IMG/VR virus record: IMGVR_UViG_3300012933_000221
Coordinates: 7,911-71,910 of that record
DNA: 64,000 nucleotides
Origin: a virus
Reading direction: 5' to 3' (one strand)
Shown one piece after another: positions 19,425 to 29,618 of the stretch. The translations under genes and the position numbers were made by a program. The notes beneath the pieces are model-generated. The model was not told the DNA's origin, did no database searches, and saw nothing but the letters and a program-made list of their open reading frames with translations. Every line of letters starts with the position of its first letter. Within the stretch, counting starts at the first letter, position 1.

Positions 19425-19736
19425 ATGAGTGGAAAACCAATAACACGAGTCGGTGATAAGACAACGGGTCACGGCCCGTATAAGCCACGTCCTGCAACAG
19501 GCGGCAGTGGCAATGTATTTGTCAACGGTATTGCAGTTAACCGAGTAGGCGATGGATGGGCACCACATGGTGCAAGTCCCGCATACAACGGAGATCCGCA
19601 TCCCGGAGAAGGTAATCATACAACGTCAGCTGGATCCGGTACTGTGTTTGCTAATGGCAAAGCAGTTGCCCGAATTGGAGATCCAGTTGAAGGTGATACT
19701 ATTGCCGCAGGAAGTTCGAACGTATTCGCCGGTTGA
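19425..19736 (+). CDS. PAAR-repeat spike-tip protein
   Basis: PAAR-like repeats (RVGDKTTGHG, NRVGDGWAPHG, ARIGDPVEGD). T4 gp5.4-like. Confidence 0.6.
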   Translation: MSGKPITRVGDKTTGHGPYKPRPATGGSGNVFVNGIAVNRVGDGWAPHGASPAYNGDPHPGEGNHTTSAGSGTVFANGKAVARIGDPVEGDTIAAGSSNVFAG

Positions 19737-19760
19737 CATCTAGAATAAGTGTGTTATAAT
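19733..19760 (+). promoter_or_regulatory. Sigma70-like promoter (TTGACA-16-TATAAT)
   Basis: Consensus hexamers directly upstream of the 19766 ATG. Confidence 0.4.
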
Positions 19761-19765
19761 AACGT

Positions 19766-20263
19766 ATGAACATTTATTTAGATATGGATGACGTAGTTGC
19801 AGACTGGCACAGCTACGCACAAGACATCCTCAAACTACGCTGGGATCGGAATGGCGAACGCATTCCACAAGAACAATGGGATAAGATTAAAGAAGACTTG
19901 CGCTTCTATCGTAATCTTCCATTAATGGACGGAGCTCACGAGCTAGTTGACATGTGTAAAGAATATGTCGCTGCTAATCCGCAATACCACTTACGTTTCT
20001 TAACAGCACTACCGCATGATTATTCAATGCCGTTGGCAGTTAGTGATAAGGTATTGTGGGCAGCTGATCACTTCCCAGGTATTCCAGTTACAATTGGACC
20101 ATTTAGTTACGACAAGTGGCGCCATTGTAAAGTCAAGGGCGATATTCTAATCGACGACAGACATAGTAACTGTTCAGAATGGGAAGCTCAAGGCGGAGTA
20201 GCTCACGTCTTTACAACGTGGGAAAACTGCAAACCATGGTTAACGGCAACGTTAAAGCCATGA
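19766..20263 (+). CDS. 5'(3')-deoxyribonucleotidase (HAD family)
   Basis: N-terminal DMDDVVADW DxD motif, as in the NT5C family. Confidence 0.6.
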   Translation: MNIYLDMDDVVADWHSYAQDILKLRWDRNGERIPQEQWDKIKEDLRFYRNLPLMDGAHELVDMCKEYVAANPQYHLRFLTALPHDYSMPLAVSDKVLWAADHFPGIPVTIGPFSYDKWRHCKVKGDILIDDRHSNCSEWEAQGGVAHVFTTWENCKPWLTATLKP

Positions 20264-20322
20264 TTGCCCCTACAAAGAAAAACAAGCATTAAATATTAAC
20301 AGCATTACACAGGAGAAATCAA

Positions 20323-20523
20323 ATGGCTAAAAATAAATATCAAGAGTTTACAGCAATTGTTGAAGCAATGGAATCAGACTTCGAAAAGTTTTACGACAAA
20401 GAAGTTGGTGCCGCAGGTACTCGTGTTCGCAAAGCATGTCAAGATTTGGCAAAGCTATGCAAAGAAACACGTAACGATGTAACCGCAGTTAAGAACGAAC
20501 GTAAACCAGCAACGGCAAAATAA
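20323..20523 (+). CDS. Small basic DNA-binding-like protein (Hc1/histone-H1-like?)
   Basis: AAGTRVRKACQDLAKLCKETR resembles the Hc1-type motif. Product is 66 aa. Confidence 0.35.
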   Translation: MAKNKYQEFTAIVEAMESDFEKFYDKEVGAAGTRVRKACQDLAKLCKETRNDVTAVKNERKPATAK

Positions 20524-20760
<237 letters not shown>

Positions 20761-20766
20761 AGTAGT

Positions 20767-21108
20767 ATGCGTCCTTGGAATAGAGAGGATACACAAAATT
20801 GGATTTCCCAATTAGAGAATCGAATCTCTGACATTGAATATTACATCAATCGGACAACCGAGTGGTGTGATAATAATGGAGTTTGGGATACTCAAAAAAT
20901 ATTCGCTTGTTTAGCTATGACAGTCATTTGGGTTAGCCATATGCGCAATGAGCCTATTTCAAGACGCGAACTACTTGAGTTACTCGGGCAACCAGAAGCA
21001 TTAAATTGCGAAGATGCCGAGTACACTATGGATCCTTCTATGCTCGACAAGGATCTGAACGAAATACTTATTTTAATTGTTTTGAGTTTTGACGACGAAA
21101 CTAATTGA
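20767..21108 (+). CDS. Hypothetical protein
   Basis: Product of 113 aa, immediately downstream of the ACP. Confidence 0.4.
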   Translation: MRPWNREDTQNWISQLENRISDIEYYINRTTEWCDNNGVWDTQKIFACLAMTVIWVSHMRNEPISRRELLELLGQPEALNCEDAEYTMDPSMLDKDLNEILILIVLSFDDETN

Positions 21109-21133
21109 CATTACGCATTGCGTAGTGTATAAT
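21105..21133 (+). promoter_or_regulatory. Sigma70-like promoter (TTGACA-17-TATAAT) with a spacer hairpin
   Basis: Consensus hexamers. The spacer contains TACGC-att-GCGTA. Confidence 0.45.
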
Positions 21134-21164
21134 AGTCACATGTTGAATACATTAGGATAATTGT

Positions 21165-21560
21165 ATGAGTATGCATTTACATCACCCTAGTCTTAGCACC
21201 ACTGGCAAGAAGAAGGGCAAAGTAAAATGGGCAAGTGCTGAACACAAGCGCAAAGCTGAACAAGCTGATGCCGATTGGAAAGACCTCCAAAAACGTTGGG
21301 GTGTTGAAGCAGAAGAAAAGAAACGTACTCGAGCTCTAGCCGCACCAAGTTTGAGCAGTTCGTATAGTTTAAAAATCCCAGAAGGTCGTAATACTACGGC
21401 TCATCTCAAAAGTGTAGATACCGGCGGCAATGCTACATTGAAAGCTCCAAAAGTGTATACAGGTACTAAAGTTAAAGGCATTGCAACAATGCATAAGAGT
21501 AACGCAGTGCCAGTGTTTAGTGACGAAGAAGCAGTTGACATTTCAAGAATGAGACGTTAA
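21165..21560 (+). CDS. Hypothetical basic protein
   Basis: Product of 131 aa. Confidence 0.4.
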   Translation: MSMHLHHPSLSTTGKKKGKVKWASAEHKRKAEQADADWKDLQKRWGVEAEEKKRTRALAAPSLSSSYSLKIPEGRNTTAHLKSVDTGGNATLKAPKVYTGTKVKGIATMHKSNAVPVFSDEEAVDISRMRR

Positions 21561-21726
21561 ACTGTTACTAAGTAAAACTAGTACTTTTCCTTGAAAAAAT
21601 AAGGATAATTACTTATTGTGCCGATAGGTTTTGGCACACAAGCAGTAGGCTTTAACGCACAGGAGATGTATCGAGCCATTAATGACGGAACTAGCAATTC
21701 CTGATCCAGCGTAAAGGAGAAATAAC

Positions 21727-22257
21727 ATGATACGCATCATAAAATTTATAGTTTTTACCCTAGTTTTTCTAGCGGTATCATATGTAGGATACGAGACGGT
21801 TACTCATAAGTTAACCACACTAAAGGAATCTCAAGTCTACGCAAGCCCAATCACAGCCGATATGAGACAAAAGCAATTAGATTGCCTCGCTCGAAATATC
21901 TATCACGAAGCTGGCTACGAGCCATTTGAAGGTAAAGTAGCTGTCGCACAAGTCACAATCAACCGTACAGAATCTGGACAATTCCCAAGCGACATTTGTC
22001 AGGTTGTACATCAAAAGAACGTTGTATACGAAAAGGTCCTTTGCCAGTTCAGTTGGTATTGCGACACAGCAAGCCTAAAGAAACCAATAAACGGCCCTGT
22101 ATACACAGAAAGCATGGAAGTAGCAAAGAAGGTATTATTGGAAGGATTTAGATTGCCATCTATTAAAGATGCTCTTTATTTCCATGGGGATTATGTTAAC
22201 CCTAAATGGGGTAAGAAACCCATTGCCAAAATTGGCCGTCACATCTTTTATCGTTAA
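21727..22257 (+). CDS. Cell-wall hydrolase, SleB family (endolysin-like), N-terminal anchor
   Basis: Hydrolase_2 signature CLARNIYHEAGYEP...VAQVTINR...ICQVVHQ...HIFY. An N-terminal hydrophobic segment is present. Confidence 0.7.
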   Translation: MIRIIKFIVFTLVFLAVSYVGYETVTHKLTTLKESQVYASPITADMRQKQLDCLARNIYHEAGYEPFEGKVAVAQVTINRTESGQFPSDICQVVHQKNVVYEKVLCQFSWYCDTASLKKPINGPVYTESMEVAKKVLLEGFRLPSIKDALYFHGDYVNPKWGKKPIAKIGRHIFYR

Positions 22258-22265
22258 GGACTAGC

Positions 22266-22601
22266 ATGAATACTACTCAAGTTAAAAAAATTGCACAAGA
22301 CATGTTTGACATGGACCTTTGGGTTAAAACAATTAAAGAACATGCATCACATATGAGCGCAGAGACAATGGGATGGACTGCTATCATCCTAATGCATCTA
22401 GCTACAATCCCAACTATGGTAGCTGTACTAACAGGGCTAACTGAAAAAATGCCGCCTGTTGATATGGTTCTGTTTAGTTGGGCAGGATTATTTTGCTTTT
22501 TTGTAAAAGCTGTGATCCAAAAGGACTTGCTAAACATTGTTACTATCGGGTTTGGTTTCTTTATTCAAGCTTCGTTGTTGGCACTGATCGTCTTCAAGTA
22601 A
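22266..22601 (+). CDS. Three-TM membrane protein (holin-like)
   Basis: Three hydrophobic helices in 111 aa, directly downstream of the hydrolase. Confidence 0.4.
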   Translation: MNTTQVKKIAQDMFDMDLWVKTIKEHASHMSAETMGWTAIILMHLATIPTMVAVLTGLTEKMPPVDMVLFSWAGLFCFFVKAVIQKDLLNIVTIGFGFFIQASLLALIVFK

Positions 22602-22631
22602 CGATAAATATTAGATATTAAGGAGCATATC

Positions 22632-23201
22632 ATGCCATCAGGATTTCAACAAGATCTAAACCAACTACAACCAGTATTCTACCGCGTTGTAATCACAATG
22701 AGTAACTCAACTTATTACCCTACTACAGACGGTAATGACAACGGTGGAGTTACACCAACTAGCGCAGACAGCTTTGCTGTTAAGCCTGCTACCCTAGCAA
22801 TTTCGCAACAACGTGCCCGTGGAAATATGCGTTTCCGCAACATCGTTAACGCTCTTACTGGATTAGCAGATTGCCAAATCATGGACATTACTATTACTGA
22901 AGCAACAGTTGATGTTCAAGCAACTAGTTTAGCATTTACTGTCAAGTACGACCGTGACGGATTTATTCCAGTTACCGGTACAGCTATTGACGGTTCAACT
23001 GCTATCACAACTACTGCTATTGCATTGAAAAATGAAATTGCAAAAGCAATTCGTTTATCTACTTCAGCTACTGCTAGAACTCCAGTTACAACAGAAGACG
23101 GTCAAACTACTGTTACTGTTACACATACCGGTGCAACTGCCGCACAAACATACGGCACAGTTGCAGTTTCATTAATTGACGAAACAACATTGTTAGACTA
23201 A
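22632..23201 (+). CDS. Hypothetical (likely structural) protein
   Basis: Product of 189 aa with an AAGGAG SD. An ATAAATAT motif lies upstream. Confidence 0.45.
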   Translation: MPSGFQQDLNQLQPVFYRVVITMSNSTYYPTTDGNDNGGVTPTSADSFAVKPATLAISQQRARGNMRFRNIVNALTGLADCQIMDITITEATVDVQATSLAFTVKYDRDGFIPVTGTAIDGSTAITTTAIALKNEIAKAIRLSTSATARTPVTTEDGQTTVTVTHTGATAAQTYGTVAVSLIDETTLLD

Positions 23202-23202
23202 T

Positions 23203-24465
23203 ATGATCTTAGCTTGGTTACTCCTACTTACAGGCTTAACAATTTCAGCAGTCGCGATCTACTACTCAGTAGTAGGCCTGGCTGCTATTTTCTCAGCCGC
23301 AGTTATTCCCATCATTGTTATGGGTTCAGCATTGGAAGTAGCCAAGTTAGTATGCGCTAGCTGGTTAAAAGCAAACTGGACGCAAGCACCCCGACTAATG
23401 AAAATATACATGACTACCGCAGTCATTGTATTAATGATTATTACGTCAATGGGTATCTTTGGATTCTTGTCAAAAGCACACAGCGATCAAAGTTTAGTCT
23501 CTGGCGATGTAATGGCTAAGATTAGTGTTTACGACGAAAAAATCAAAACAGCAAAAGACAACATAGATGCAAACCGCAAAGCTCTTAAACAAATGGATGA
23601 AGCTGTCGACCAGGTTATGGGTCGCAGTAATGATGAAAAGGGTGCCGACAAAGCTGTGGCAATCCGCAGAGGTCAGCAAAAAGAACGTAGTCGTCTTCAA
23701 TCCGAGATTGCGGCCGAGCAAAAAATCATTGCTCAAATCAATGAAGAACGTGCGCCGATCGCTGCCGAGGTCCGTAAAGTAGAAGCAGAAGTTGGCCCGT
23801 TAAAATACATTGCAGCCTTTGTATATGGCGCAACAGATGAAAGTATTTTAGAGAAAGCAGTTACTTGGGTTATCATTACAATTATTGTAGTGTTCGATCC
23901 GTTAGCAGTTATCATGTTACTAGCTGCACAGATGACATTCGGTTGGAAGAAAGAAGAAGAAGCGGCTGCTGCTCCTGTTTATGTCGCCGATGTTACTATG
24001 CCAGACTATGAACCTGATGACGGTCCATTAACTGAAGAGCAAGTTGAACAGATTAAAGAAGATGCACAACCATTTCTACCAACAGGTGAAGTAGTTAGCA
24101 CTAGCACACTGTTTGTCGATGCAGGCGAGCATCCACAAGATACGTTTGAACATGAAATTGAACAAGAAGAAGTTATCGTTGATCAGGCACCGACAGTAAC
24201 GTTGCCCGATACACTAGCACCAGCAGAGATCGCTGAGCCAGTCAAAGTAGAGTCTGAGTTAGATAAGTGGAATAAGATGATCGAGCAAGCGGAAGCAGAG
24301 CTTGAAAAAGAAAAGAAACAACTTATCGAAGCCGAGGCTGAAAAGTATCAACCAATTCCAGAAGTAGAACGTCCAGGCGACTACTTACCAGAAGAAGAAT
24401 CAAAAAAAAAAACTTACATGACGAAGGATCAAACAGGGACAATTCAGTTGAAGAGTCGGGAGTAA
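23203..24465 (+). CDS. Membrane-anchored coiled-coil acidic protein
   Basis: Multiple N-terminal TM helices, a coiled coil and an acidic C-terminal half. An A10 run precedes the stop (see findings). Confidence 0.5.
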   Translation: MILAWLLLLTGLTISAVAIYYSVVGLAAIFSAAVIPIIVMGSALEVAKLVCASWLKANWTQAPRLMKIYMTTAVIVLMIITSMGIFGFLSKAHSDQSLVSGDVMAKISVYDEKIKTAKDNIDANRKALKQMDEAVDQVMGRSNDEKGADKAVAIRRGQQKERSRLQSEIAAEQKIIAQINEERAPIAAEVRKVEAEVGPLKYIAAFVYGATDESILEKAVTWVIITIIVVFDPLAVIMLLAAQMTFGWKKEEEAAAAPVYVADVTMPDYEPDDGPLTEEQVEQIKEDAQPFLPTGEVVSTSTLFVDAGEHPQDTFEHEIEQEEVIVDQAPTVTLPDTLAPAEIAEPVKVESELDKWNKMIEQAEAELEKEKKQLIEAEAEKYQPIPEVERPGDYLPEEESKKKTYMTKDQTGTIQLKSRE

Positions 24466-24708
24466 TCGGTTATGTACAAAATTCCGAACAAGCAAGTCCT
24501 AGCTCGCTATGGTCTGCAATAAACGGAAGAGAGAACATTAAAACAATTGACGAATTATATAAACTATACTCCGAAGACCAATTTAACAACGTAATAGTTG
24601 ACCCAACTACTGATCCAGAGTTATATAACTTTGTAGAAGAAACCAAAACTAAACCTCGTTTTAACGATTACCAGAAAGAACAACTAGCAAACTTTGTAAG
24701 CAGGATAT

Positions 24709-25128
24709 ATGAACTTAGGAAAAATTAATCTCATCACCCCACCGGATAAATTGTTTAACTTGAATTTAAACTACTTGTTAGTTAAACCATCAACTCATGT
24801 TAAACAGCAGTTCCAGACTATCTTAAGTCACTCAATTGAAGAAGTAAACGTATTCATTTACGATCAAGAAGAAACTGATGTCAGCTGGCTACTAAGTGTA
24901 GCAATGCAAAGCGATGTTGTTATTATTGACGTTGACAGTTGTGATCCTACTACACAGAAGTTTATCACATTCTTGTTAGCACAACCAAATACGCACTACA
25001 TTACTAACGACGAGCTTACTCCTTACAACTTGATTAGCAAGAATCGAATCTATGATTTGGACTTCATTGTGAAACAGTTGATGGAAGAGGATGACGAAGA
25101 AGGCGAATTGGACGATGACGAACAGTAA
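24709..25128 (+). CDS. Hypothetical protein with an acidic C-terminus
   Basis: Product of 139 aa with a poly-D/E tail. Confidence 0.4.
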   Translation: MNLGKINLITPPDKLFNLNLNYLLVKPSTHVKQQFQTILSHSIEEVNVFIYDQEETDVSWLLSVAMQSDVVIIDVDSCDPTTQKFITFLLAQPNTHYITNDELTPYNLISKNRIYDLDFIVKQLMEEDDEEGELDDDEQ

Positions 25129-25348
25129 GCGAACCGGTACTGGTATTGTTATAAAAGATACCGAGAATATCAACGTAGCACTTCGCCGATTCAAACGTAA
25201 AGTGGAAGAAGGTGGAAAATTGGACGAACTAAGAGCTCGTGAATTTTACGAAAAACCGACTACTGAACGAAAACGAAAAGCCGCTTCGGCAAAGCAGCGT
25301 TATAAGAAAAAACTCCAAAACGAGCAACTTCCCCCAAAATTATATTGA
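25115..25348 (+). CDS. rpsU: Ribosomal protein S21 homologue
   Basis: VALRRFKR ... [14 protein letters not shown] ... LY closely matches bacterial S21. The internal ATG overlaps the upstream gene end. Confidence 0.8.
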   Translation: MTNSKRTGTGIVIKDTENINVALRRFKRKVEEGGKLDELRAREFYEKPTTERKRKAASAKQRYKKKLQNEQLPPKLY

Positions 25349-25400
25349 CAGTTGCTATAATATCTGTTATACTTAATGTTACTTTTAAAGAAAGAACTTT

Positions 25401-25985
25401 ATGGCTAAAACAGATATTATGATTGACTTGGAAACATTGGCGACATCTCCGGATGCCGCCATTCTTACGATTGGCGCAGTAAGATTTGATCCATTCGGTC
25501 GAGAACTAACAGATCCAGAAATGGATAGCTTTTACGTAAGAGTTGACCTAGATAGTTGTGACGAGCTTGGACTAGTTACAAATGACGATACAATCGAGTG
25601 GTGGTCAAAGCAGACCCCGGAAGCAAAGTATGAAGCATTTGAAAATCCAGATCGATTGCATATTCGCGAAGCAATGGATCAACTGTATAAATTTTGTTGG
25701 GGTGCGCAACGTGTATGGTCAAACGGTAGCGGCTTTGACATTGTCATCTGTGAAGTAGTTTACAAACGTCTACAAAAAGCAGTACCGTGGCAGTTCTGGC
25801 AGTCACGTGATTGCCGCACTGCATATGATTTGGGCATTAATCCGCAAAAGCCAAAAGAAACTGCTCACAATGCGTTAGCCGATGCGTACCAGCAAGCAAT
25901 TTGTATTCAGAACGTATACAATACATTGCGATTAAGTACCACATCAGATGGTTCTTACATTACCCCATTTATTAAAACAAAATGA
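25401..25985 (+). CDS. DEDD 3'-5' exonuclease (T4 DexA-like)
   Basis: IMIDLETLATSPDAAILTIGAVRFDP resembles the DexA/DnaQ Exo I region. Confidence 0.6.
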   Translation: MAKTDIMIDLETLATSPDAAILTIGAVRFDPFGRELTDPEMDSFYVRVDLDSCDELGLVTNDDTIEWWSKQTPEAKYEAFENPDRLHIREAMDQLYKFCWGAQRVWSNGSGFDIVICEVVYKRLQKAVPWQFWQSRDCRTAYDLGINPQKPKETAHNALADAYQQAICIQNVYNTLRLSTTSDGSYITPFIKTK

Positions 25986-26275
25986 ACGAACTAAACGAAG
26001 ATAGTAACGAAGTAATGGACATCCTCCAAGAGGAGGCTGCTGAAGTTATTCAAGCAGTAAGTAAGATTAGACGCTTTGGAATTGATAACGAAAAGCCGGG
26101 CGCTGATCAAAGTAACCGTGAACATTTGGAAGAAGAGCTTGGCGACATGCTAGCTATGATTGATATCCTAATGGTTAACGGTCTAGTTGATTGGGCAAAC
26201 TTGCATTCTGCAAAACGGGCCAAAGTTGAGAAACTAAAAAAGTGGTCAAATATCCCAAATCTTGATAAGATCTGA
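25982..26275 (+). CDS. MazG-like nucleotide pyrophosphohydrolase
   Basis: EEAAEVIQA ... EELGDMLAMIDIL EExxE/D motifs. Confidence 0.55.
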   Translation: MNELNEDSNEVMDILQEEAAEVIQAVSKIRRFGIDNEKPGADQSNREHLEEELGDMLAMIDILMVNGLVDWANLHSAKRAKVEKLKKWSNIPNLDKI

Positions 26276-26341
26276 GATAAATAATTTTGTAGACGCCGTA
26301 AAGGGTTTACATTATTCTTGCTTAATTAAAGGAGAAAAGAT

Positions 26342-28243
26342 ATGAGCAAAATCATCGGTATCGACTTAGGTACAACAAATAGCTGTGTAGCGATTCTAGA
26401 AAACGGAATTGCTAAAGTAATTGAAAACAGCGAAGGTGCTAGAACAACACCCTCAATCATTGCATATACTAAAGACGAAGTTCTTGTAGGTGCAACAGCA
26501 AAACGACAAGCAGTCACAAACCCAAAGAATACAATCTACGCAAGCAAGCGACTTATCGGTCGTAAGTTTGACGAAGCCGCAGTACAGAAAGACATTGACC
26601 TAATGCCTTACTCAATCATCAAAGCTGACAACGGCGATGCATGGATTGAAGCTAATGGCGAAAAACTTGCTCCACCGCAAGTGTCAGCTGAAGTACTACG
26701 CAAAATGAAAAAGACTGCCGAAGACTATTTAGGTCATTCAGTAACACAGGCAGTTATTACAGTACCAGCTTACTTTAATGATAGTCAACGTCAAGCAACT
26801 AAGGATGCAGGTAAGATTGCGGGCTTGGAAGTATTGCGTATTATCAACGAGCCAACAGCGGCTGCTCTTGCCTACGGCGTAGACAAAGCTGACAAGAAGG
26901 ATCGTAAGATTGCAGTGTTCGACTTAGGTGGTGGTACATTCGACGTATCCATTATCGAAATTGCCAACATTGATGGCGACAAGCAAATTGAAGTATTGTC
27001 AACTAACGGCGATACATTCCTAGGCGGTGAAGACTTTGACCAAGCCATCATGGACTACTTGGTTGCAGAGTTTAAGAAAGACAACGGCGTTGACTTGAAG
27101 AGCGATATGCTTGCTCTACAACGTTTGAAAGAAGCTGCTGAAAAGGCCAAGATCGAATTGTCAACAGCCGCAAGCACAAGTGTTAACTTGCCATACGTAA
27201 CAGCAGATGCAAGTGGACCTAAGCACTTGAACGTTACCATTAGCCGTGCTAAGTTTGAAGGTCTAGTAGATGGATTGATCCAGCGTACACTAGCACCATG
27301 TAAGACTGCTATGCAGGATGCTAAGGTTACAGCCGCTGACATTGACGAAGTTATTCTAGTCGGTGGTCAGACACGTATGCCTAAAGTACAAGAAGCAGTT
27401 GAGAAGTTGTTTGGTAAGACTCCACGCAAGGACGTTAACCCAGACGAAGCAGTTGCCGCAGGTGCAGCTATCCAAGGTGCTGTTCTAGGTGGCGATAAGA
27501 CAGACGTTCTATTGCTAGACGTTACTCCATTGTCGCTAGGTATCGAAACAATGGGCGGTGTGTTTACCAAGTTGATTGGTAAGAATACGACTATCCCAAC
27601 TAAGCATTCACAAATATTCTCTACAGCCGATGACAATCAACCAGCAGTTACTATTAAAGTAGCACAAGGTGAACGTGAACTATTCAAGTACAACAAAGCA
27701 CTAGGCGAGTTTAACTTGGAAGGTATTGCTCCTGCAATGCGCGGCACACCACAGATTGAAGTTACCCTTGATATCGACGCCAACGGTATTATGCATGTAA
27801 GTGCTAAGGATAAGAACACTGGCAAAGAAAACAAGATCACAATTAAGTCCGATTCAGGCTTAACTGATGCAGAGATTCAACGTATGGTACGTGAAGCTGA
27901 AGAAAACGCAGAGTCTGATAAAAAGGCAAAAGAGTTAATCGAAGCACGTAATACAGCTGAAGCTCAAAGTCACACACTTAATAAAGACTTTGAAACATAC
28001 AAAGATCAATTGAGTGAAGAAGAAAAGACCACTTACGAAACAGCTAAAACTGCTTTGAACGAAGCAGTCAAAGGCGAAGACGTAACAGCAATCAACGACT
28101 CTATTACCAAGCTATTCGAATCGGCTAGCCCAGTAATGGCAAAGAAACAAGCAGCTGACCAAGCTAAGGAACAGAGCGCTCAATCTGGCGAGCAAACTGT
28201 AGATGCGAGTTTCACAGAAGTTGACAAAACAGACACACAGTAA
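26342..28243 (+). CDS. dnaK: Chaperone DnaK (Hsp70)
   Basis: N-terminus [22 protein letters not shown] and a full substrate-binding domain. Product is 633 aa. Confidence 0.95.
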   Translation: MSKIIGIDLGTTNSCVAILENGIAKVIENSEGARTTPSIIAYTKDEVLVGATAKRQAVTNPKNTIYASKRLIGRKFDEAAVQKDIDLMPYSIIKADNGDAWIEANGEKLAPPQVSAEVLRKMKKTAEDYLGHSVTQAVITVPAYFNDSQRQATKDAGKIAGLEVLRIINEPTAAALAYGVDKADKKDRKIAVFDLGGGTFDVSIIEIANIDGDKQIEVLSTNGDTFLGGEDFDQAIMDYLVAEFKKDNGVDLKSDMLALQRLKEAAEKAKIELSTAASTSVNLPYVTADASGPKHLNVTISRAKFEGLVDGLIQRTLAPCKTAMQDAKVTAADIDEVILVGGQTRMPKVQEAVEKLFGKTPRKDVNPDEAVAAGAAIQGAVLGGDKTDVLLLDVTPLSLGIETMGGVFTKLIGKNTTIPTKHSQIFSTADDNQPAVTIKVAQGERELFKYNKALGEFNLEGIAPAMRGTPQIEVTLDIDANGIMHVSAKDKNTGKENKITIKSDSGLTDAEIQRMVREAEENAESDKKAKELIEARNTAEAQSHTLNKDFETYKDQLSEEEKTTYETAKTALNEAVKGEDVTAINDSITKLFESASPVMAKKQAADQAKEQSAQSGEQTVDASFTEVDKTDTQ

Positions 28244-28255
28244 TATAATAAACAC

Positions 28256-28278
28256 GTAGGGCGCCTTCGGGGCCCTAC
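28256..28278 (+). promoter_or_regulatory. Stable hairpin between dnaK and ibpA
   Basis: GTAGGGCGCC-ttcg-GGGCCCTAC stem-loop with no T-run. Possible processing or attenuation site. Confidence 0.3.
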
Positions 28279-28308
28279 AAAGTTCTTGCTTAATATAAGG
28301 AGATAATT

Positions 28309-28728
28309 ATGACACAACTAAGAACTATTAATGCGGCAGACCTTGCCCAACTAAGCAGAGCCCTAGTCGGCTTTGATCGATACTTTAGCTCACAAGCTAC
28401 CAACAGCAATTACCCACCACACAACATCGTTAAGTATAGTGACGATACGTATGCTATCGAAGTTGCGGTTGCAGGCTTTACAAAAGATGAAATTAGTGTT
28501 AGTATTGATCAAGACCAGTTAACTATCCGTGGTGTAATGAATCGCCCAAATAAAGGTGATATCGAATACCTACATCGTGGACTAGCTGCTCGAGATTTTG
28601 AACAGACATTTACTCTTGCTGAGTATATGGAAGTTCGAGGTGCTAAGGTTGCAGATGGAATGTTACAAATTGACATCCAGCGCATTGTTCCTGAGGCACT
28701 CAAACCTCGTCAAATCACAATTAACTAA
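28309..28728 (+). CDS. ibpA: Small heat-shock protein IbpA/IbpB-like (Hsp20)
   Basis: GFDRYF ... YPPHNIVKYSDDTYAIEVAVAGF ... IDIQRIVPEALKPRQITIN aligns along the whole length with enterobacterial IbpA. Confidence 0.85.
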   Translation: MTQLRTINAADLAQLSRALVGFDRYFSSQATNSNYPPHNIVKYSDDTYAIEVAVAGFTKDEISVSIDQDQLTIRGVMNRPNKGDIEYLHRGLAARDFEQTFTLAEYMEVRGAKVADGMLQIDIQRIVPEALKPRQITIN

Positions 28729-28742
28729 GTGTAAATAAACCC

Positions 28743-28760
28743 GGGGGAGGAAACTCCCCC
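28743..28760 (+). promoter_or_regulatory. GGGGGAG-GAAA-CTCCCCC hairpin (GNRA tetraloop)
   Basis: Perfect 7-bp stem with a GAAA loop, between ibpA and clpS. No T-run follows. Confidence 0.3.
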
Positions 28761-28764
28761 ACTC

Positions 28765-29079
28765 ATGGAGAATATAATGCCAGGTACCGATATCCAAATC
28801 GACGAAAAGATCAAATCTACAGTTTCCGAGCCAAAGCGCTGGAAAGTAGTATTCCTAAATGATGATGCTACACCAATGGAATTTGTAATTGAATTGCTAA
28901 CTCAAGTATTCAAACACACAGCTGATTCTGCAAAGGATATCACTATGCAAGTTCACGAAACAGGTTCGGGCATTGCTGGCGTGTACAGTTTTGAAATCGC
29001 AGAAGCTAAGGCTGTTGAAGCAACTAGTCTTGCTCGTGCAAACGGATTTCCGTTACAAATTAAAATGGAAGAAGAATGA
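28765..29079 (+). CDS. clpS: ClpS ClpAP adaptor
   Basis: KVVFLNDDATPMEFVIELLTQVF matches the ClpS core. Confidence 0.8.
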   Translation: MENIMPGTDIQIDEKIKSTVSEPKRWKVVFLNDDATPMEFVIELLTQVFKHTADSAKDITMQVHETGSGIAGVYSFEIAEAKAVEATSLARANGFPLQIKMEEE

Positions 29080-29618
29080 GTTTAAAAGACCTAACACACG
29101 CAGCCCACAAAAGTGCTGAAACACAGCCGTTCGTAAAAGTATTGTTCTCAGGTAGAATCGATCCGTTGTTGTATGCACAGTACTTGAAAAATCAGCATCC
29201 TATCTACGAAGTACTAGAAGTATGCGCAATGGCAAATGGTCTTCTAAATGGTATGCCCGACATTCGTCGTGCTCCTGCTATCTTAGATGACTTTGCAGAG
29301 CTATGGGGTGATGAACCAATCCCAGAACTCCGTCCAGTTGTAGGACGCTACATGGACTATATCATGAGCATCAAGGACGATCCTAAGAAGCTCATGGCAC
29401 ACTTGTATGTTCGCCACATGGGTGACTTGGCAGGTGGACAAATGATTGCTAAACGAGTTCCTGGCTTAGGCAAGTACTATCAGTTCAAAGACCCAGAAGG
29501 ACTAAAAGCAGCTATTCGCGAAAAACTTAGCGATGATATGGCAGACGAAGCTATTGTATGCTTTAAGTTTGCAGAAGAGCTTTTCCAAGAAATGCAAGAG
29601 TTAGTTGATGAAAAGTAA
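29076..29618 (+). CDS. Heme oxygenase
   Basis: HLYVRHMGDLAGGQMI matches the HO signature YxRYxGDLSGGQ. The N-terminus carries the proximal His. Confidence 0.65.
   Translation: MSLKDLTHAAHKSAETQPFVKVLFSGRIDPLLYAQYLKNQHPIYEVLEVCAMANGLLNGMPDIRRAPAILDDFAELWGDEPIPELRPVVGRYMDYIMSIKDDPKKLMAHLYVRHMGDLAGGQMIAKRVPGLGKYYQFKDPEGLKAAIREKLSDDMADEAIVCFKFAEELFQEMQELVDEK

Noticed and set aside
19552-19743. 63-aa ORF overlapping the PAAR gene
   Set aside because: It is an alternative frame of a gene with clear PAAR repeats.
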